64,000 bases of DNA from Elsinoe ampelina (taxonomy: Eukaryota). Location: positions 1,195,147 through 1,259,146 of the forward strand of contig ML992505.1 of NCBI GenBank assembly GCA_010093995.1, given 5' to 3'. Positions 47,706-62,902 of the stretch are shown one piece after another. Position 1 is the stretch's first letter; each line of letters opens with the position of its first letter. Below the pieces are notes generated by a model that worked only from the letters and a program-made list of their open reading frames with translations, was not told where the DNA came from and searched no databases. The translations under genes were made by a program, and so were the position numbers.

Positions 47706-47855
47706 GATTGTGAGTACTGGTTGAGGGGGTGTGTGGTTGCGGAGGGAAATTCTTTGAGGTTGGAGCTTGATGTCAACCCTAACCCTAGGGATGCTGCAGG
47801 TTGGTGATTGTGGTTGACGAAGGTTGAAGTGCTGTGTTGCTGGCATACGGGGAAG

Positions 47856-48435
47856 ATGTCGTACTATTTTACGATCATTGGGACAAGGGACAATCCCATG
47901 TTCGAGTATGAATTTGGCACGTCAAAAGCTGGTGGTGACGGGGTGGCGAGATTCAGAGACGAAGCGAGGCACATGAACCAGTTCATTGTCCACAGCAGTA
48001 TTGACGTGGTTGAAGAGGTGCAATTCGCAAGTAATGGACTGTGAGACTGTTTCCAAAACTTGTCGTCCTGTGGAATTACTGACATCGAGAAGCTATCTCA
48101 AGAACATCGACCGATTTCAAAACAATCACATCCACTGCTTCCTTACCGGAGGCAACGTCAAGTTCATGCTCCTCATGAACCCGGATCCCAACTCGACTAC
48201 ATACGCCTCGTATCCTGGTAATACAAGACCGCCGTCGGTATCAGCGCGGCAAAGTACGTTACTGGCCAACAATCCGAGCTCGGCGCAGACCGAGGAAGCA
48301 GTTCGACAGTTCATGCTGGATGTCTATGATGCATGGGTCAAGTGCATCATGAACCCATTCTACACTCTCAACAAGACAGTCACGAGTCCGATCTTCAGAC
48401 AAAGGGTTGCTCAAGCTGCTAAGCGCTATCTTTGA
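47856..48435 (+). CDS. TRS20: TRAPP complex subunit Trs20/sedlin, 2 exons
   Basis: MSYYFTIIGTRDNPMFEYEF, QFIVHSSIDVVEE, YLKNIDRF, WVKCIMNPFY. Confidence 0.92.
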
Positions 48436-48859
48436 TCCCTGCTAGATATGGCTATACTATCTTATGGCATGCGCATTGATGACACGGTTAATCGTGTGCC
48501 CCATCATAGGACGCCGCTTGGACTCCGAGGCCAGACAATATCGAGGCAGGGTATCTCAGTCCTACGTGGCGTTCTTAACTACGCAACTACCAGTGACTTT
48601 AAAAGTCTACTGCACCGACCTTCGATCTCAGCTCCCCCGATCCACACGCCGACGTAGGTGCGAAGCAGGCCCAAGTATCCGATCTGTATTGACGGAGGTC
48701 TGTGGTGTCGGCTCCGAGCGCGGCCGTGTGTGGTGTATTGGAGCTGCTCGAAGGCATGCGACGACTTGCTCGATCCGGGGTCAGCTTAGCAGGGTCGGTG
48801 GCCGCCGTAAATGTAGCATGAGGATGACGATGACTTTGATGAATGCATGAGCCCTTCTC

Positions 48860-49711
48860 TCATATCGCAGTCCCTCTCTCAAAGCTCTCCCTGATGTCCG
48901 AGGTGTACTTGTCGTAAAACCGCGACAGCTTCTGGTTGAACTGCTTGTTCTTCTCGTTGATATACGTGACGTCCCCTTCGTCTTCGCGACCCATCTTTTC
49001 CTTTCGGCGCTTCATCCGTACATCCTCGGCCTTTTGGATCTCGCCCACCAACCGGTCCACCGCCTCCTTGCTAGGCTTGTTGCTGACAAAATCTGTGCTC
49101 TCGGCTGTGCTATAGAAGGTGCCGTCCTTGTCCACCGCTATCAGCTCGCCATCTGCCGTCTCCACTATCTCCAAGCCGCCGCCTTGTGCCGCTTTTTCGA
49201 TCATCTTTGCCTTTTCAGACTGGTACTCCTCGGTGTCTGGCTTCAGCTCCCGCAGCTGGCGCTTGTAGACTTTCCGAGCCTGGTTTGTGAAATCTTGGAA
49301 GGCGACATCGCCACGGTGCTTCGCTTTCTTTTCCATTCGTTTGTCCCATCGTTCGCTCTCCTCAATTGTCCAGTCCCATGCCCGTTTGCGCTCAAAGTCC
49401 TCTCCAGCAGCCTCCGTGTCAGCCTTCAGTAATTTGTGGGCTGCTACATCGCGCTTGCGGTTCAGCGACGTCAGTGCTGAGGTATCGGTTGTCAGTCGCT
49501 GATGTTCGGTTTTCGTCTCTGCAAGATTTGCTTTGCGCGAGTCCGTATTTCGCGCACGCAGAGCCGCAAAACGTGCCTTTCGTTCATCGACAGGGTTCGA
49601 GGGCTTTGAAGCTGATGCCTCTGTACTGACTGGCTGCTCGGAGATCTCATCTACCTCTTGCGAGGTCTGCTCTTCTTCTGACTTGCTTGGAGAATCTTTG
49701 GTGTCTGCCAT
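48860..49711 (-). CDS. SYF2: Pre-mRNA splicing factor Syf2
   Basis: EDFERKRAWDWTIEESERW; DVTYINEKNKQFNQKLSRFY; SFERGTAI. Confidence 0.93.
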   Translation of the reverse strand: MADTKDSPSKSEEEQTSQEVDEISEQPVSTEASASKPSNPVDERKARFAALRARNTDSRKANLAETKTEHQRLTTDTSALTSLNRKRDVAAHKLLKADTEAAGEDFERKRAWDWTIEESERWDKRMEKKAKHRGDVAFQDFTNQARKVYKRQLRELKPDTEEYQSEKAKMIEKAAQGGGLEIVETADGELIAVDKDGTFYSTAESTDFVSNKPSKEAVDRLVGEIQKAEDVRMKRRKEKMGREDEGDVTYINEKNKQFNQKLSRFYDKYTSDIRESFERGTAI

Positions 49712-50058
49712 GGCGAACGTGGCGCTCAGATACGCTGTAGCGACTGTGCCGACGTAGTCCCTTAGGTATTGAGAGTTATGTGAGATGCTGGTTGTGACCG
49801 TGGGTTTTGCAAAGTCGTGTCAGTCGATATTCGAGCAACGAGCAGCAGGAGGTGAAATGTGGTCATTTTTGCCAAGACCTTGAAAAGCGCGGCCCCACCT
49901 CACAAACGCCGACTCGCCGACGGCACTCCCGCAAGCCAATCTAGGTCGCGTCGCCCAACGCGTTCAGCTTTCTGCTCCTCTCAAGTGTCTATCTTTCCGT
50001 GCATTTGGCTGGCAGTCCTCCGAAGATTTTGCAGGACCGCCGGGTCGCATCCAGAAAG

Positions 50059-53811
<3,753 letters not shown>

Positions 53812-53932
53812 ACGCCTCTTCCGGGCGGTCATGTCGATTCTGTATGATACCTCCGAGCGATGAATCCTTTGACGACCACACCATTCCCTAAGCACATTTT
53901 ACTCCTGATCTTGTGATATCCGCTTGTGCTCT

Positions 53933-54679
53933 TCACGTCGACACCTCCTGCAATCTCTTCTGCCTATCCCTCGCCCTCTCCCTCTCCCTCTCAATCTCCA
54001 CATCCAACTCCCGCTGCGCATCCCCCAGCATCTCCAACACCCTTTTCTCCATATCCTTCCCAAAAGGACACTCCACCGACCCCCTGTCCGGCAACCCCGC
54101 CGTCGGCTCCCCCCCCTCATACTCCACCTTCACCTTCCCCCTCCCCTTCCCCTTGCCCCCCGTCCCCTTCTTCCTCAAATGCGCAAACTGTTCTTCCCCC
54201 GTCAACCTCGCGAAAAAATCATGACTCGGCTCGTTGAACTCGACAATCTCACACGTCTCAGCGACGACCAGATTCTCCCTCCTCTGCGCCTCGACCTGCG
54301 CCTCATCCCCGTACGGCTCCAGCCGCAGCCTATGGAACCGATACTGCGCCTTCTCCCCGGACGACGCGTCAAAGTACAGCCGCAGCTCGATCTCGAATTC
54401 GCCGTAGCCGGTCTCGGAGACTTCGAAGGGGCTTGCTTCGACGGTGCGGCTGGCGTCGTTGTACGTGTGGTGGAGCTTGAATTGCACTTTTTTCAGCCAG
54501 GTGGTGATGTCGGGTCCGTTGGGGAGGGGTCGCACGTATACGCGCCAGCCTTTTGTGTGGCCTTCTGGGATGGGGCCCGGGTGTGTTTTGGGGTCCAGTT
54601 GCCAGGCTGAAGAGCCGATGATGAAGGGGCGGGAGATGCGGGTGTTTTTGACGCGTTTGGAGGAGGAGGCGGCGGGCAT
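53933..54679 (-). CDS. YAF9: YEATS-domain protein Yaf9
   Basis: KRVKNTRISRPFIIGS, KKVQFKLHHTY, PFEVSETGYGEFEI. Confidence 0.92.
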   Translation of the reverse strand: MPAASSSKRVKNTRISRPFIIGSSAWQLDPKTHPGPIPEGHTKGWRVYVRPLPNGPDITTWLKKVQFKLHHTYNDASRTVEASPFEVSETGYGEFEIELRLYFDASSGEKAQYRFHRLRLEPYGDEAQVEAQRRENLVVAETCEIVEFNEPSHDFFARLTGEEQFAHLRKKGTGGKGKGRGKVKVEYEGGEPTAGLPDRGSVECPFGKDMEKRVLEMLGDAQRELDVEIERERERARDRQKRLQEVST

Positions 54680-54909
54680 GGTTGGTGGGTTGGAGTGGGT
54701 GGTGGAGAGGTGCGGAGTGACAGCGAGGGTTATGGAAGGGTAAAAGAGGAAGTTGGAGATGCGGCCGGTGCGACGGGCCGAGGGGCCGATGGTGAGGTCA
54801 TGGGCATGTGAATGCTTGCTCTTTTTGCTCTACACCAACTGGCCTACTCAAACATTTGTTTCCTGGTGTGATACTCATAGAGGACAGACCAAAGAGCTAT
54901 CATAGTGGT

Positions 54910-55937
54910 ATGGCAGCTCCAACGGCGGCTACGAAGCGAATCGTGGTGTGCGGTGGCAATGGCTTTCTTGGTGGGACTCGCAGACATTTGCTCAGAAGCT
55001 TTGGACTAACACAATACAGGAAGCAGAATATGCAAAGCGGCTACAGCGAGAGGTTGGGACGTGACATCTATTAGGTATAGTAACTCCGATGGTATCCTGT
55101 CATCTATTCTGACCACAAGCACAGTCGATCAGGAGAGCCAAAATGGGAAACAGTCACATCATCGGTCGAGCCGCCACCGTGGTCACAGAAAGTCAAATGG
55201 CATGCCGCGAATGTCCTGCAGCCATCACAGTATCGTGACGTGCTCAAAGGTGCAGATGCAGTGGTCCACAGCATGGGTATCTTGCTTGAGGCTGACTACA
55301 AGGGTGTCCTCACTGGTAAGGAGTCCATTGTTGGAGGCCTGCAGAAAGCTTTCAGCAAGACCAAGAAGGGCACGGCAAATCCCCTAGAAAGGCAAGGAGA
55401 TGAAGACTTGGAGCCTCTGGAAGAAGGCGGGCAGATCACATACGAGGTGATGAACCGTGATTCTGGTCTGTTCAACTCATCAATGGTTGTGACTGGCGGC
55501 TAACTCTCCCAGCTATTCTCCTCGCACATGAAGCCTCCAAAGTATCAGTTCCAGTCTTTGGCTATGTATCTGCCGCAGCAGGTACGCCCATCTTGCCAGG
55601 ACGCTACATCACAACAAAGCGAGAGGCGGAAGACACTCTCGTCACCAAGTTCCCACAGACCCGCAGCTTCTTCGTTCGTCCGGGATTCCTTTTCGACAGT
55701 TCTCGCGGTTTCACGATACCCATCGCGGCCTTTGGGTCGGTAGCTTCGATGGCGAATTCCCTGGTGGGAGGTCTGTTGTCGGGTCCATTGGGAGCAGCTG
55801 TCGCTAAGCCGCAGAAAGCGGACACAGTAGCGGAAGCGATTGTCGAGGCTATCGCGGACGACGAAATTCGAGGACCGGTAGAGATCCCAAAGATCGATGA
55901 GCTGGCCAATCGTGAGTGGAGGAGAGGTATGTTGTAG
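54910..55937 (+). CDS. NAD(P)-binding atypical SDR/epimerase (Coq11-like), 4 exons
   Basis: RIVVCGGNGFLG|SRICK, AVVHSMGILLE, TYEVMNRDS|AI, RYITTKREAE, VRPGF. Confidence 0.85.
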
Positions 55938-56020
55938 ATCAATCCCAAGGCCGGCCGGGTTGTTTGCATCGATTAGCATGGCGAAAGGTTCATAGACGGC
56001 AGATTGTCAAGCCCTGTATA

Positions 56021-57551
56021 CTATCGGCTTCGCCGCCTATTCCTCACCTCCGGATCATCCACATGGCTAGCATGGGCTAGCAGATATTTGCAGCATGTCA
56101 GGGTGTACTTGCACGCCTTGGTCCATTGCTCTTCTTGACCAAATGAGCCAAGCTTGATGCTGACGCCACCCACCTTGTCCTTCTCGATCCGATATGGTAG
56201 AGCCAGATTATCTAGTGCACCGTCGGGACCAGGCGTCGCACTCGTTCTCTCGACATAGTCACCTAGCTGCTTCAGGCAGTCCAGGAAGGAGACCATGGCA
56301 GTGTCGAATCCTCGATGTAAGAAGCCGAACCCCAAGATGGGATCTCCGGATGTGAAGAGATCATACTGTGTGACCTTCGGCTTTGCATTCCTGACTTGAG
56401 ATGACTGTGAAGCATTCTGGGGATACTCCAGCTTCTCGATCTTGCTTGTGGAGCCGACCGGAAGCAACCTGTGGTTCTGAAACTGGTAGCCCAGCTTTTC
56501 AGAGACGACGGTCAGCAGTAGAAGGGCTTGACCCCATGCAGCGTTGATCTCGGTCCAGTCTACGGAATGGTCGGGTAATCTTCCCAGTCGTAGCCCATTG
56601 ATGGTCCCAAAGAGGCCGTCGTGTCCTATACAGAAGCTGTCGTTGTATACATTGGTACGCTGTAGCGCTTCCAGCAGCTTGCTATCATTGGCAAGCCGAT
56701 TCTGTAAGCTGTTCTTTTCGTCGTTATGCTTGGCGAGCTGCACATCGAATGCATTCCGCTCTCGCCAGAAAGCTTCTTCTTCCCGTTCCAGCTCAACAGA
56801 CTCTCGGTCAAGTGCAGCAATCTCATCCTCTAGCTTCGCCTTCTCGGCTTCTAGATCTTCAAGTTCCTTCAGTGCAGCAGCCTCTGCAGATCGAGCAGCT
56901 TTCAGGGCCTCTTTCGTCTGTCGTTGCTCATCCTCGGTAGGAATCGATGACTGTGCTTGCTTGAGAAACTCCATGTAGGCATCTCGCTCCCGGTTGACGG
57001 TAGCTTGTCGCTGTTGCAAACCGTGCATGAGGAGATCTGTACATTCTGTGCAAATCGGATGATCGATATCAGATCGAGCAGACAGGGCCTCGAAAAGCTT
57101 AAGGTTCATTTCCATCTGCCGGGATAGAGGGTCCGCTGGGTCGATGCTATTGTGCTTCTCCGGGCGATTGCTCGGCGCAAGAGATCCGTTCGCTGACTTT
57201 GCCTCATCTGTGGGCGAGCTAGCAATTTGCGAGTCACTCAGCATAACGAACGACATGGCAGGGTTGAGCTTGGATGGGCTCTTTTGTGGCGGTGGGATGA
57301 TCCTCTTGTGCTGAGGTGGTCCGGCACCTTTGGAGGCATCGTTGTAGTGATCATGTCGCTGACGAGCGGCCAACGACTTCGGAGTCTGTGGCGACTGCGG
57401 ATCGAGTTTCGGCGCAGAATCTTCATGTATCAGCCTGATACAATCGTGGTATCTTACACTACGTACCAACGAGAATCTTGAAGGAAGTCGGGTTCAGGTT
57501 GTCCAATGAATCGTCCAGCCGAATAGGCGTTCGACATTTTTGGCAATACAT
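56021..57551 (-). CDS. ATG6: Beclin / autophagy protein Atg6 (Vps30), 2 exons
   Basis: MYCQKCRTP, DHPICTECT, FGTINGLRLGRL, EINAAWGQ, WTKACKYTLTCCK. Confidence 0.95.
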
Positions 57552-57886
57552 CTCTGTTTCCTCCACATCTGGGTGTCCAGCGCTTCATCCAAAATCAATC
57601 ATAATGGCACTTGGACAGTCTTCGGCTGGTAGTCGAAAGATAAATGTAAGTTGGAAGTGGCAAAAGAGGCATGATCAGACGCGCCGTGACCAGACGTTCT
57701 TCGCCAGAGGCGGGAGATCGACGGTGCATGCGGCTCCGGGCTGCAAATCCAGCGTGGGGCTCAAGGTTGTGCGGAAAAAATGCATTCTTCTTTGCCATCG
57801 TCGACAGGACCATGCACCTTTTCATTGCGCTTTGATCCTGTCCGCCTGTGATAGAGAGCATGTAGCTCGATCATACATCCGCCAAC

Positions 57887-59092
57887 ATGGCTTCACTACT
57901 ATCCCCGCCCCTGAAATTTCAGGGCCCTGATCATCTCACATCTCGACTGGTACTGGCGACGCTCACAGGAAGACCGATCAGAGTATCTGGAATTCGCGAC
58001 TCATCGCATAGTAACCCTGGACTATCTCCAAGTGAGATATCATTCTTCCGCCTCCTTGATGCGGTCACAAATGGATCCCACATCGAGTTTTCGATGACAG
58101 GAACCACTTTTCTCTACAAGCCTGGACTCATCATGGGCAGCGCAGACGGCTACGGCGCCACTGGAGGCGTGATAAGGCACGAAATTCCACGCGACAATGA
58201 TAGAGGCGTCAGCTGGTATCTCATACCTCTCTGTATGCTCGCAGGCTTTGCAAAGATGCCTCTCAACGTGATCTTGACTGGACCTGGCGTCATAACCAGC
58301 GCCACCGAAAAGGGCGACGTCAGTGTCGATACGGTCCGTACTGCGATATTGCCACTCTACAAACACTTTGGAATGGAAGTGAAAATGGAGCTGCGCGTGC
58401 TGAGACGATCCAATCCTGGCCGGACAGGGACTGGAGGCGGTGGCGAAGTCCAACTTATCTTTGGTCACCAAGTCAGATTACCAAAGACTATACATCTACA
58501 GAGTCCTGGTAAGATCAAGAGAGTCAGAGGTGTTGCCTACTCAACAGGCGTAGCTGCAGCGAACAATGCACGAATGATCGAGGCTGCAAGAGGAGTGCTC
58601 AACCCTCTGGTCCCTGACACATATGTCTTCTCAGACGTATCATCAGCACCACTCATTCCTGCTGAGACCAGACAGAACCCAGGAGCCAAGGAGAAGATCG
58701 GTATTGGCTTCGGCCTGAGCTTGGTGGCAGAGACAAGCAGCGGTACGCTGTACTCGGCAGATTTGGCGAGCCCACCGAATGGCGGAGAACCGCCTGAAGA
58801 TATCGGCAAGTTTTGTGCATACGAGCTTTTGGAGACGATTGCTCAGGGTGGATGCTGCACGAAGCTGTCTGCTCCGACCATGGTCACCTTGATGTCGATG
58901 GGAAGCGAAGACGTTGGACGCCTGGTCATGGGCAAGGAAGTCCTTGGTAGCGAAGAGATGGTGCAACTGGCAAGAGATCTTCAAGCGTTTGGCATGAGCG
59001 CCTGGGGTCTCAGAGATGCAGATAGAGATGATGAGGTTGTCATTAGTGTGGTTGGTAAGGGAGTTGGAAATGTTGGCCGGAAGATTGCTTAA
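57887..59092 (+). CDS. RCL1: RNA 3'-phosphate cyclase-like protein Rcl1
   Basis: RLVLATLTGRPIRV, EISFFRLL, GGGGEV, MGSEDVGRL, GKGVGNVGRKIA. Confidence 0.93.
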   Translation: MASLLSPPLKFQGPDHLTSRLVLATLTGRPIRVSGIRDSSHSNPGLSPSEISFFRLLDAVTNGSHIEFSMTGTTFLYKPGLIMGSADGYGATGGVIRHEIPRDNDRGVSWYLIPLCMLAGFAKMPLNVILTGPGVITSATEKGDVSVDTVRTAILPLYKHFGMEVKMELRVLRRSNPGRTGTGGGGEVQLIFGHQVRLPKTIHLQSPGKIKRVRGVAYSTGVAAANNARMIEAARGVLNPLVPDTYVFSDVSSAPLIPAETRQNPGAKEKIGIGFGLSLVAETSSGTLYSADLASPPNGGEPPEDIGKFCAYELLETIAQGGCCTKLSAPTMVTLMSMGSEDVGRLVMGKEVLGSEEMVQLARDLQAFGMSAWGLRDADRDDEVVISVVGKGVGNVGRKIA

Positions 59093-59310
59093 CTAGACCA
59101 TGAGTTATGATACCCTGTATAGAAAAACTAGAACATGCCTGGAAAGTATTGTCGCCGATCAATGTATAGTGATTGTGAAGGCACATGACTTCGCGTGCGG
59201 CTCAACGCGTCAAACTGTCGCCACGCGACCCCACCCGTACTTTAGACTCGAGCTTCAATTGGAGAACTTTACACTTCGCATCACGAGTGGACAGCCACCA
59301 TATCGCAGGA

Positions 59311-60711
59311 ATGATTGGACTCACCAGGAGAGGAGCTGCACCACTTTTGCGACAGGTCGGTGGTCGCCAGCACGCATCCAGTGTCCATCATGAAGATCAG
59401 CAGTCGCCCGCATCGAGCCCACTGTCCAATCCCCCAAACGAACTCGACGTAGAAGACTTCACACGGTCTCCCGAGGGTAGCAGCGAAGAAGACGATCCTA
59501 TAATCGACGCTTCTCCGCCTGCAAACAAGACCAATGGCACCTCCAAGAACTCGTCAGTTCACAACATTCACGGATCACGACCTGGTCGAGCCAACCAGAA
59601 AAAGGACAAAGCCGGATTGACAGACGCTAAGAGCAAGACTGGTCTGAAAAGGAAATCGCCAGGACCTGATGATGAGGAAGAGCAGCCCGACTGGATCTTG
59701 ACTAGCTCACAGCCAAAGCGACCAAAGACGACCTACGGCTCTCAATCGCAAAGATCTCAAGCGTCGTTCAAGAAGGTCCTCAAAGCTGCCTCTCCCAAGA
59801 AGTCGAAAGCATCCTTCAAGCGACTATCACGGCAGGGCAATTCGCCTAAATTATCGCCCTCAGAACCGGTCGCAGAGAAGCCCGCCTTTCGCCGACCGGT
59901 ACCTGCAGCCATCAATACAGGTCAAGAGGCGCCTTCATCACCACTCTCGCACCCAGCCTCCTCATCACCGCTTGGCTCACCTATTGGCTCCCCGGCCGAG
60001 TCTGATATCGAAGAGGTCTTCCTTGGCGTGCCTAACCCCTCGGACTTCTCCCCCTGCCCAATCTGCTCCGAACCAGTGTCGAAATTATGGAGGATAGACT
60101 GGGAACTCGAGCATCTCCGAGGCCGACGCATGAATCTACGAATGCAAGAGAAGTTCTGCCAGGCACACAAAGAGAAGAGCGCGGCGGAGACATGGGAAAT
60201 TTCCAAATATCCCACGGTAGACTGGACTATTCTGAACAAGAGGTTGGCCAAGCAGAGGAGCAAGATTGAGGAGATGTTGACCGGTCAGAGAGAAAGTATG
60301 TTTCGCACGGAGCTGGAGAAGAGAGTGAAGACCAAGGAGAGCAAAACGGCTGCAAAGAGCATCGAGACCGGGGGTGAGAGAGGCAAGACAGGATACTATG
60401 GCTCAAGGGGAGCGAAAGTGATGACCGAATACGCCTTGAAGGTGTTTGCACCAAAGCTGAGGAAGGCTGCGGGTGAAGACAAGCTGATGGCGAGCAGTGG
60501 AGTAGCCGGTGGGATCAGTGGATATGTACAGGCGGTCATCGTGCCAGAATTGGCCATTGGACTAATCATGGAAGACATGGGGATTGGTGAGCAGAGCGCG
60601 AAAGAGGTACTGGAGGAGAGCGAGGAGATCGGGGATCTGGTGAATGCGGAGGAAGAGGATAAGGTTGTGACCAAGCCGGTAACACCACCGCCTACATATG
60701 GGGAGGACTGA
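59311..60711 (+). CDS. RTC4-like domain protein
   Basis: Disordered N-terminus, then CPICSEPV, QEKFCQAHK, YPTVDW, GYYGSRG, YVQAVIVPELAIGLIMEDM. Confidence 0.8.
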   Translation: MIGLTRRGAAPLLRQVGGRQHASSVHHEDQQSPASSPLSNPPNELDVEDFTRSPEGSSEEDDPIIDASPPANKTNGTSKNSSVHNIHGSRPGRANQKKDKAGLTDAKSKTGLKRKSPGPDDEEEQPDWILTSSQPKRPKTTYGSQSQRSQASFKKVLKAASPKKSKASFKRLSRQGNSPKLSPSEPVAEKPAFRRPVPAAINTGQEAPSSPLSHPASSSPLGSPIGSPAESDIEEVFLGVPNPSDFSPCPICSEPVSKLWRIDWELEHLRGRRMNLRMQEKFCQAHKEKSAAETWEISKYPTVDWTILNKRLAKQRSKIEEMLTGQRESMFRTELEKRVKTKESKTAAKSIETGGERGKTGYYGSRGAKVMTEYALKVFAPKLRKAAGEDKLMASSGVAGGISGYVQAVIVPELAIGLIMEDMGIGEQSAKEVLEESEEIGDLVNAEEEDKVVTKPVTPPPTYGED

Positions 60712-60892
60712 GTGACGCAGACGTGCGGACAGTGTACAACGTAGCCCCTTTGGCTTGTGAGCGTTTTAGCGAAGCATTTTGCATCAGATACCCTTGCATA
60801 CAGTAGCGCAAGACACGCCAGAATGAGGAGAGTGTGAGCCCCGCGAAACACATCTCTTTCCTCCACTATCGTACAATCCATGCCTCCCTTCA

Positions 60893-61320
60893 TCACACCT
60901 CTTTATTGTTGAACGCCAATCCAAACCTGACCAATCCTATCGTCGCCAACACGCTCAGTCCGATTGGCAATGGCTTTCCAGACCGAATTGCTCGAGGAAT
61001 GCTGGAGCCAGCGAGGACGAAGCTCGCTAGAAGAGCAAGCTCGACTCCGTATGGTTGTCTGTTCTGGATGCGGTATCCGCCGAGGGCGTAGAGGGCGCCG
61101 ACTGTGCAGCCGGCGGCGACGGAGGGGATGGAGCCGGTTCGGACGTAGCCCATTGTGCCGCCACCGGCGGTCAGACCGGCGAAGACATAGGCGATTGTTC
61201 TGCTTTCGTCAGTGTTTCTATCCAGAGGTGATGCTGCGTCGGCAGTGGTGCGGGGAGGTGTACTCGAGAGACTGCTTAGGTTAGCTACAAGGACGTGATG
61301 TGAGGCACTGCACTCACCAT
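60893..61320 (-). CDS. TMEM14-family small membrane protein, 3 coding exons including an 8-nt microexon
   Basis: ATG|TCTCTCGA|AACAATCGCC gives MSLETIAYVFAGLTAGGGTMGYVRTGSIPS...GSSIPRAIRSGKPLP. Confidence 0.85.
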
Positions 61321-61689
61321 ATTGTAGTCGGGGAGCGTGCGAGATCAGATGACTTGACAGAAGAGAAGTTTCTTCTGTAAATCCAAGAGACCACCAGGGA
61401 TTCCTCGTAGCTAGATATACCTTATGTCGTCGTCGGGGACCACCTCCGCAAGGTCGGAGCTCAATCCGCCCCGAACCAATCAGAAGCTCGCAAACCGGCC
61501 ACCTCTCAGAGCTCCATCAACCACTCCCTCCCAGAAATATCCAGCTTGCACAATCGCAGCATCGTCAGAAGGAACAGCCACATCACCCACTCCCATCGAC
61601 CTCATCACCACCTTCCCTCCTCCATCTCAACACGAACCCAATTCCCTCCTCTCCTCCAACCCATCTCTCGCCCGACCACAACCCCAGCA

Positions 61690-62681
61690 ATGCCACCCAA
61701 AAAATCCCCCCCACCCTCCTCCATCCCCCCATCAACAGCAACACCCTCCCAACCCTCCGCCTCCCAAACCCCGCAAAAGAACCCCACGACCGCCATCCCC
61801 GCGACCTCGAAATCCAGCTCCAGCTCCTCCTCTTCCTCGTCAGCAGCGATCCGCAACCCGCAGTCGGCGCAGGACATCGCCCTGTCCATCTACAGGAAAT
61901 ACGTGGACCAGACACCGCAGAGGGTCAAATTGGTGGATGTCTTCATGGGTTTCCTGGTGGTGGTCGGGGTGATTCAGTTTGTTTATTGTGTGCTGTTTGG
62001 GAATTTTGTGAGTGGACTTTTTCTCTGTTTTTTCTTTCATGTGTGGTTTCTTATGAGGGAAGATTTTTGGTGGGGTGAGGTGGGGGCCTGGGGAAGAGGG
62101 GTGGGAAAGGAGGGAGGGAGGGATGAATCGGGAGGAGAGGAGGGTGGTGGCGGCTGCGTTGGAGCAGGTGGTTTGGGATATGGAGTTGGGGTGGTGATGG
62201 GAGGGGCAAGAGATGGAAATTGGGTCATGAAGAGGTGGTGCTATGCGTGTCAGAAGAGCTGGAAGGTATACGGGGATCATGATGGATGAGTTATGGTGTA
62301 TGAGATACGATTGGATATGGGCTGGCCCCTGGGATGAAAATGCTAATGATGAACGCTTTCTTTTGTCTTTCATTATTGGGTTTCTCTTCTTGATACTGTC
62401 TCACTTATGCAGGGGGACCAATTTCTAACATACATGCCTCATAGCCATTCAACGCCTTCCTCTCCGGCTTCTCAGCAACAGTAGGCCAATTCGTACTCAC
62501 AGCCAGCTTGCGCATCCAGACGAATCCAGACAACAAAGGCGAGTTCAAGAGCATCAGTCCAGAGAGGTACATACAACTTTCTCGCTTGAGTATCGTCACT
62601 GACAGACTATCCAGAGCATTCGCGGACTACATCCTCGGCAGCGTAATCCTCCATTTCTTCTGCATCAACTTCATCAACTGA
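61690..62681 (+). CDS. OST2: Oligosaccharyltransferase subunit Ost2/DAD1, 3 exons
   Basis: [11 protein letters not shown]...[36 protein letters not shown]...SPER|AFADY...HFFCINFIN*; 437-nt first intron. Confidence 0.93.
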
Positions 62682-62902
62682 GCGAATCACGTCGGGGCGT
62701 AGCATCAAGCGAGCGTCCGGGAGCTGTACGAACGATGACATGCTCAATGTCAAGACAAACGAGCAGGTACCAAAAATTCATGTAACATTATCCATTCAAG
62801 ACATCTAAATGCATGCAACGAATGCTTCCTACCCAACCCAGATCTAAATGCAACGCCAAACAACCCAAACCTCTCCCCGTTTTCCCTCTCCTCTCATCCT
62901 CT

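Noticed and set aside
48860..49711. Functional linkage of SYF2, DBP9 or RCL1 to the U1-like array
   Set aside because: They are 8-45 kb away among unrelated housekeeping genes; proximity is not evidence in fungi.
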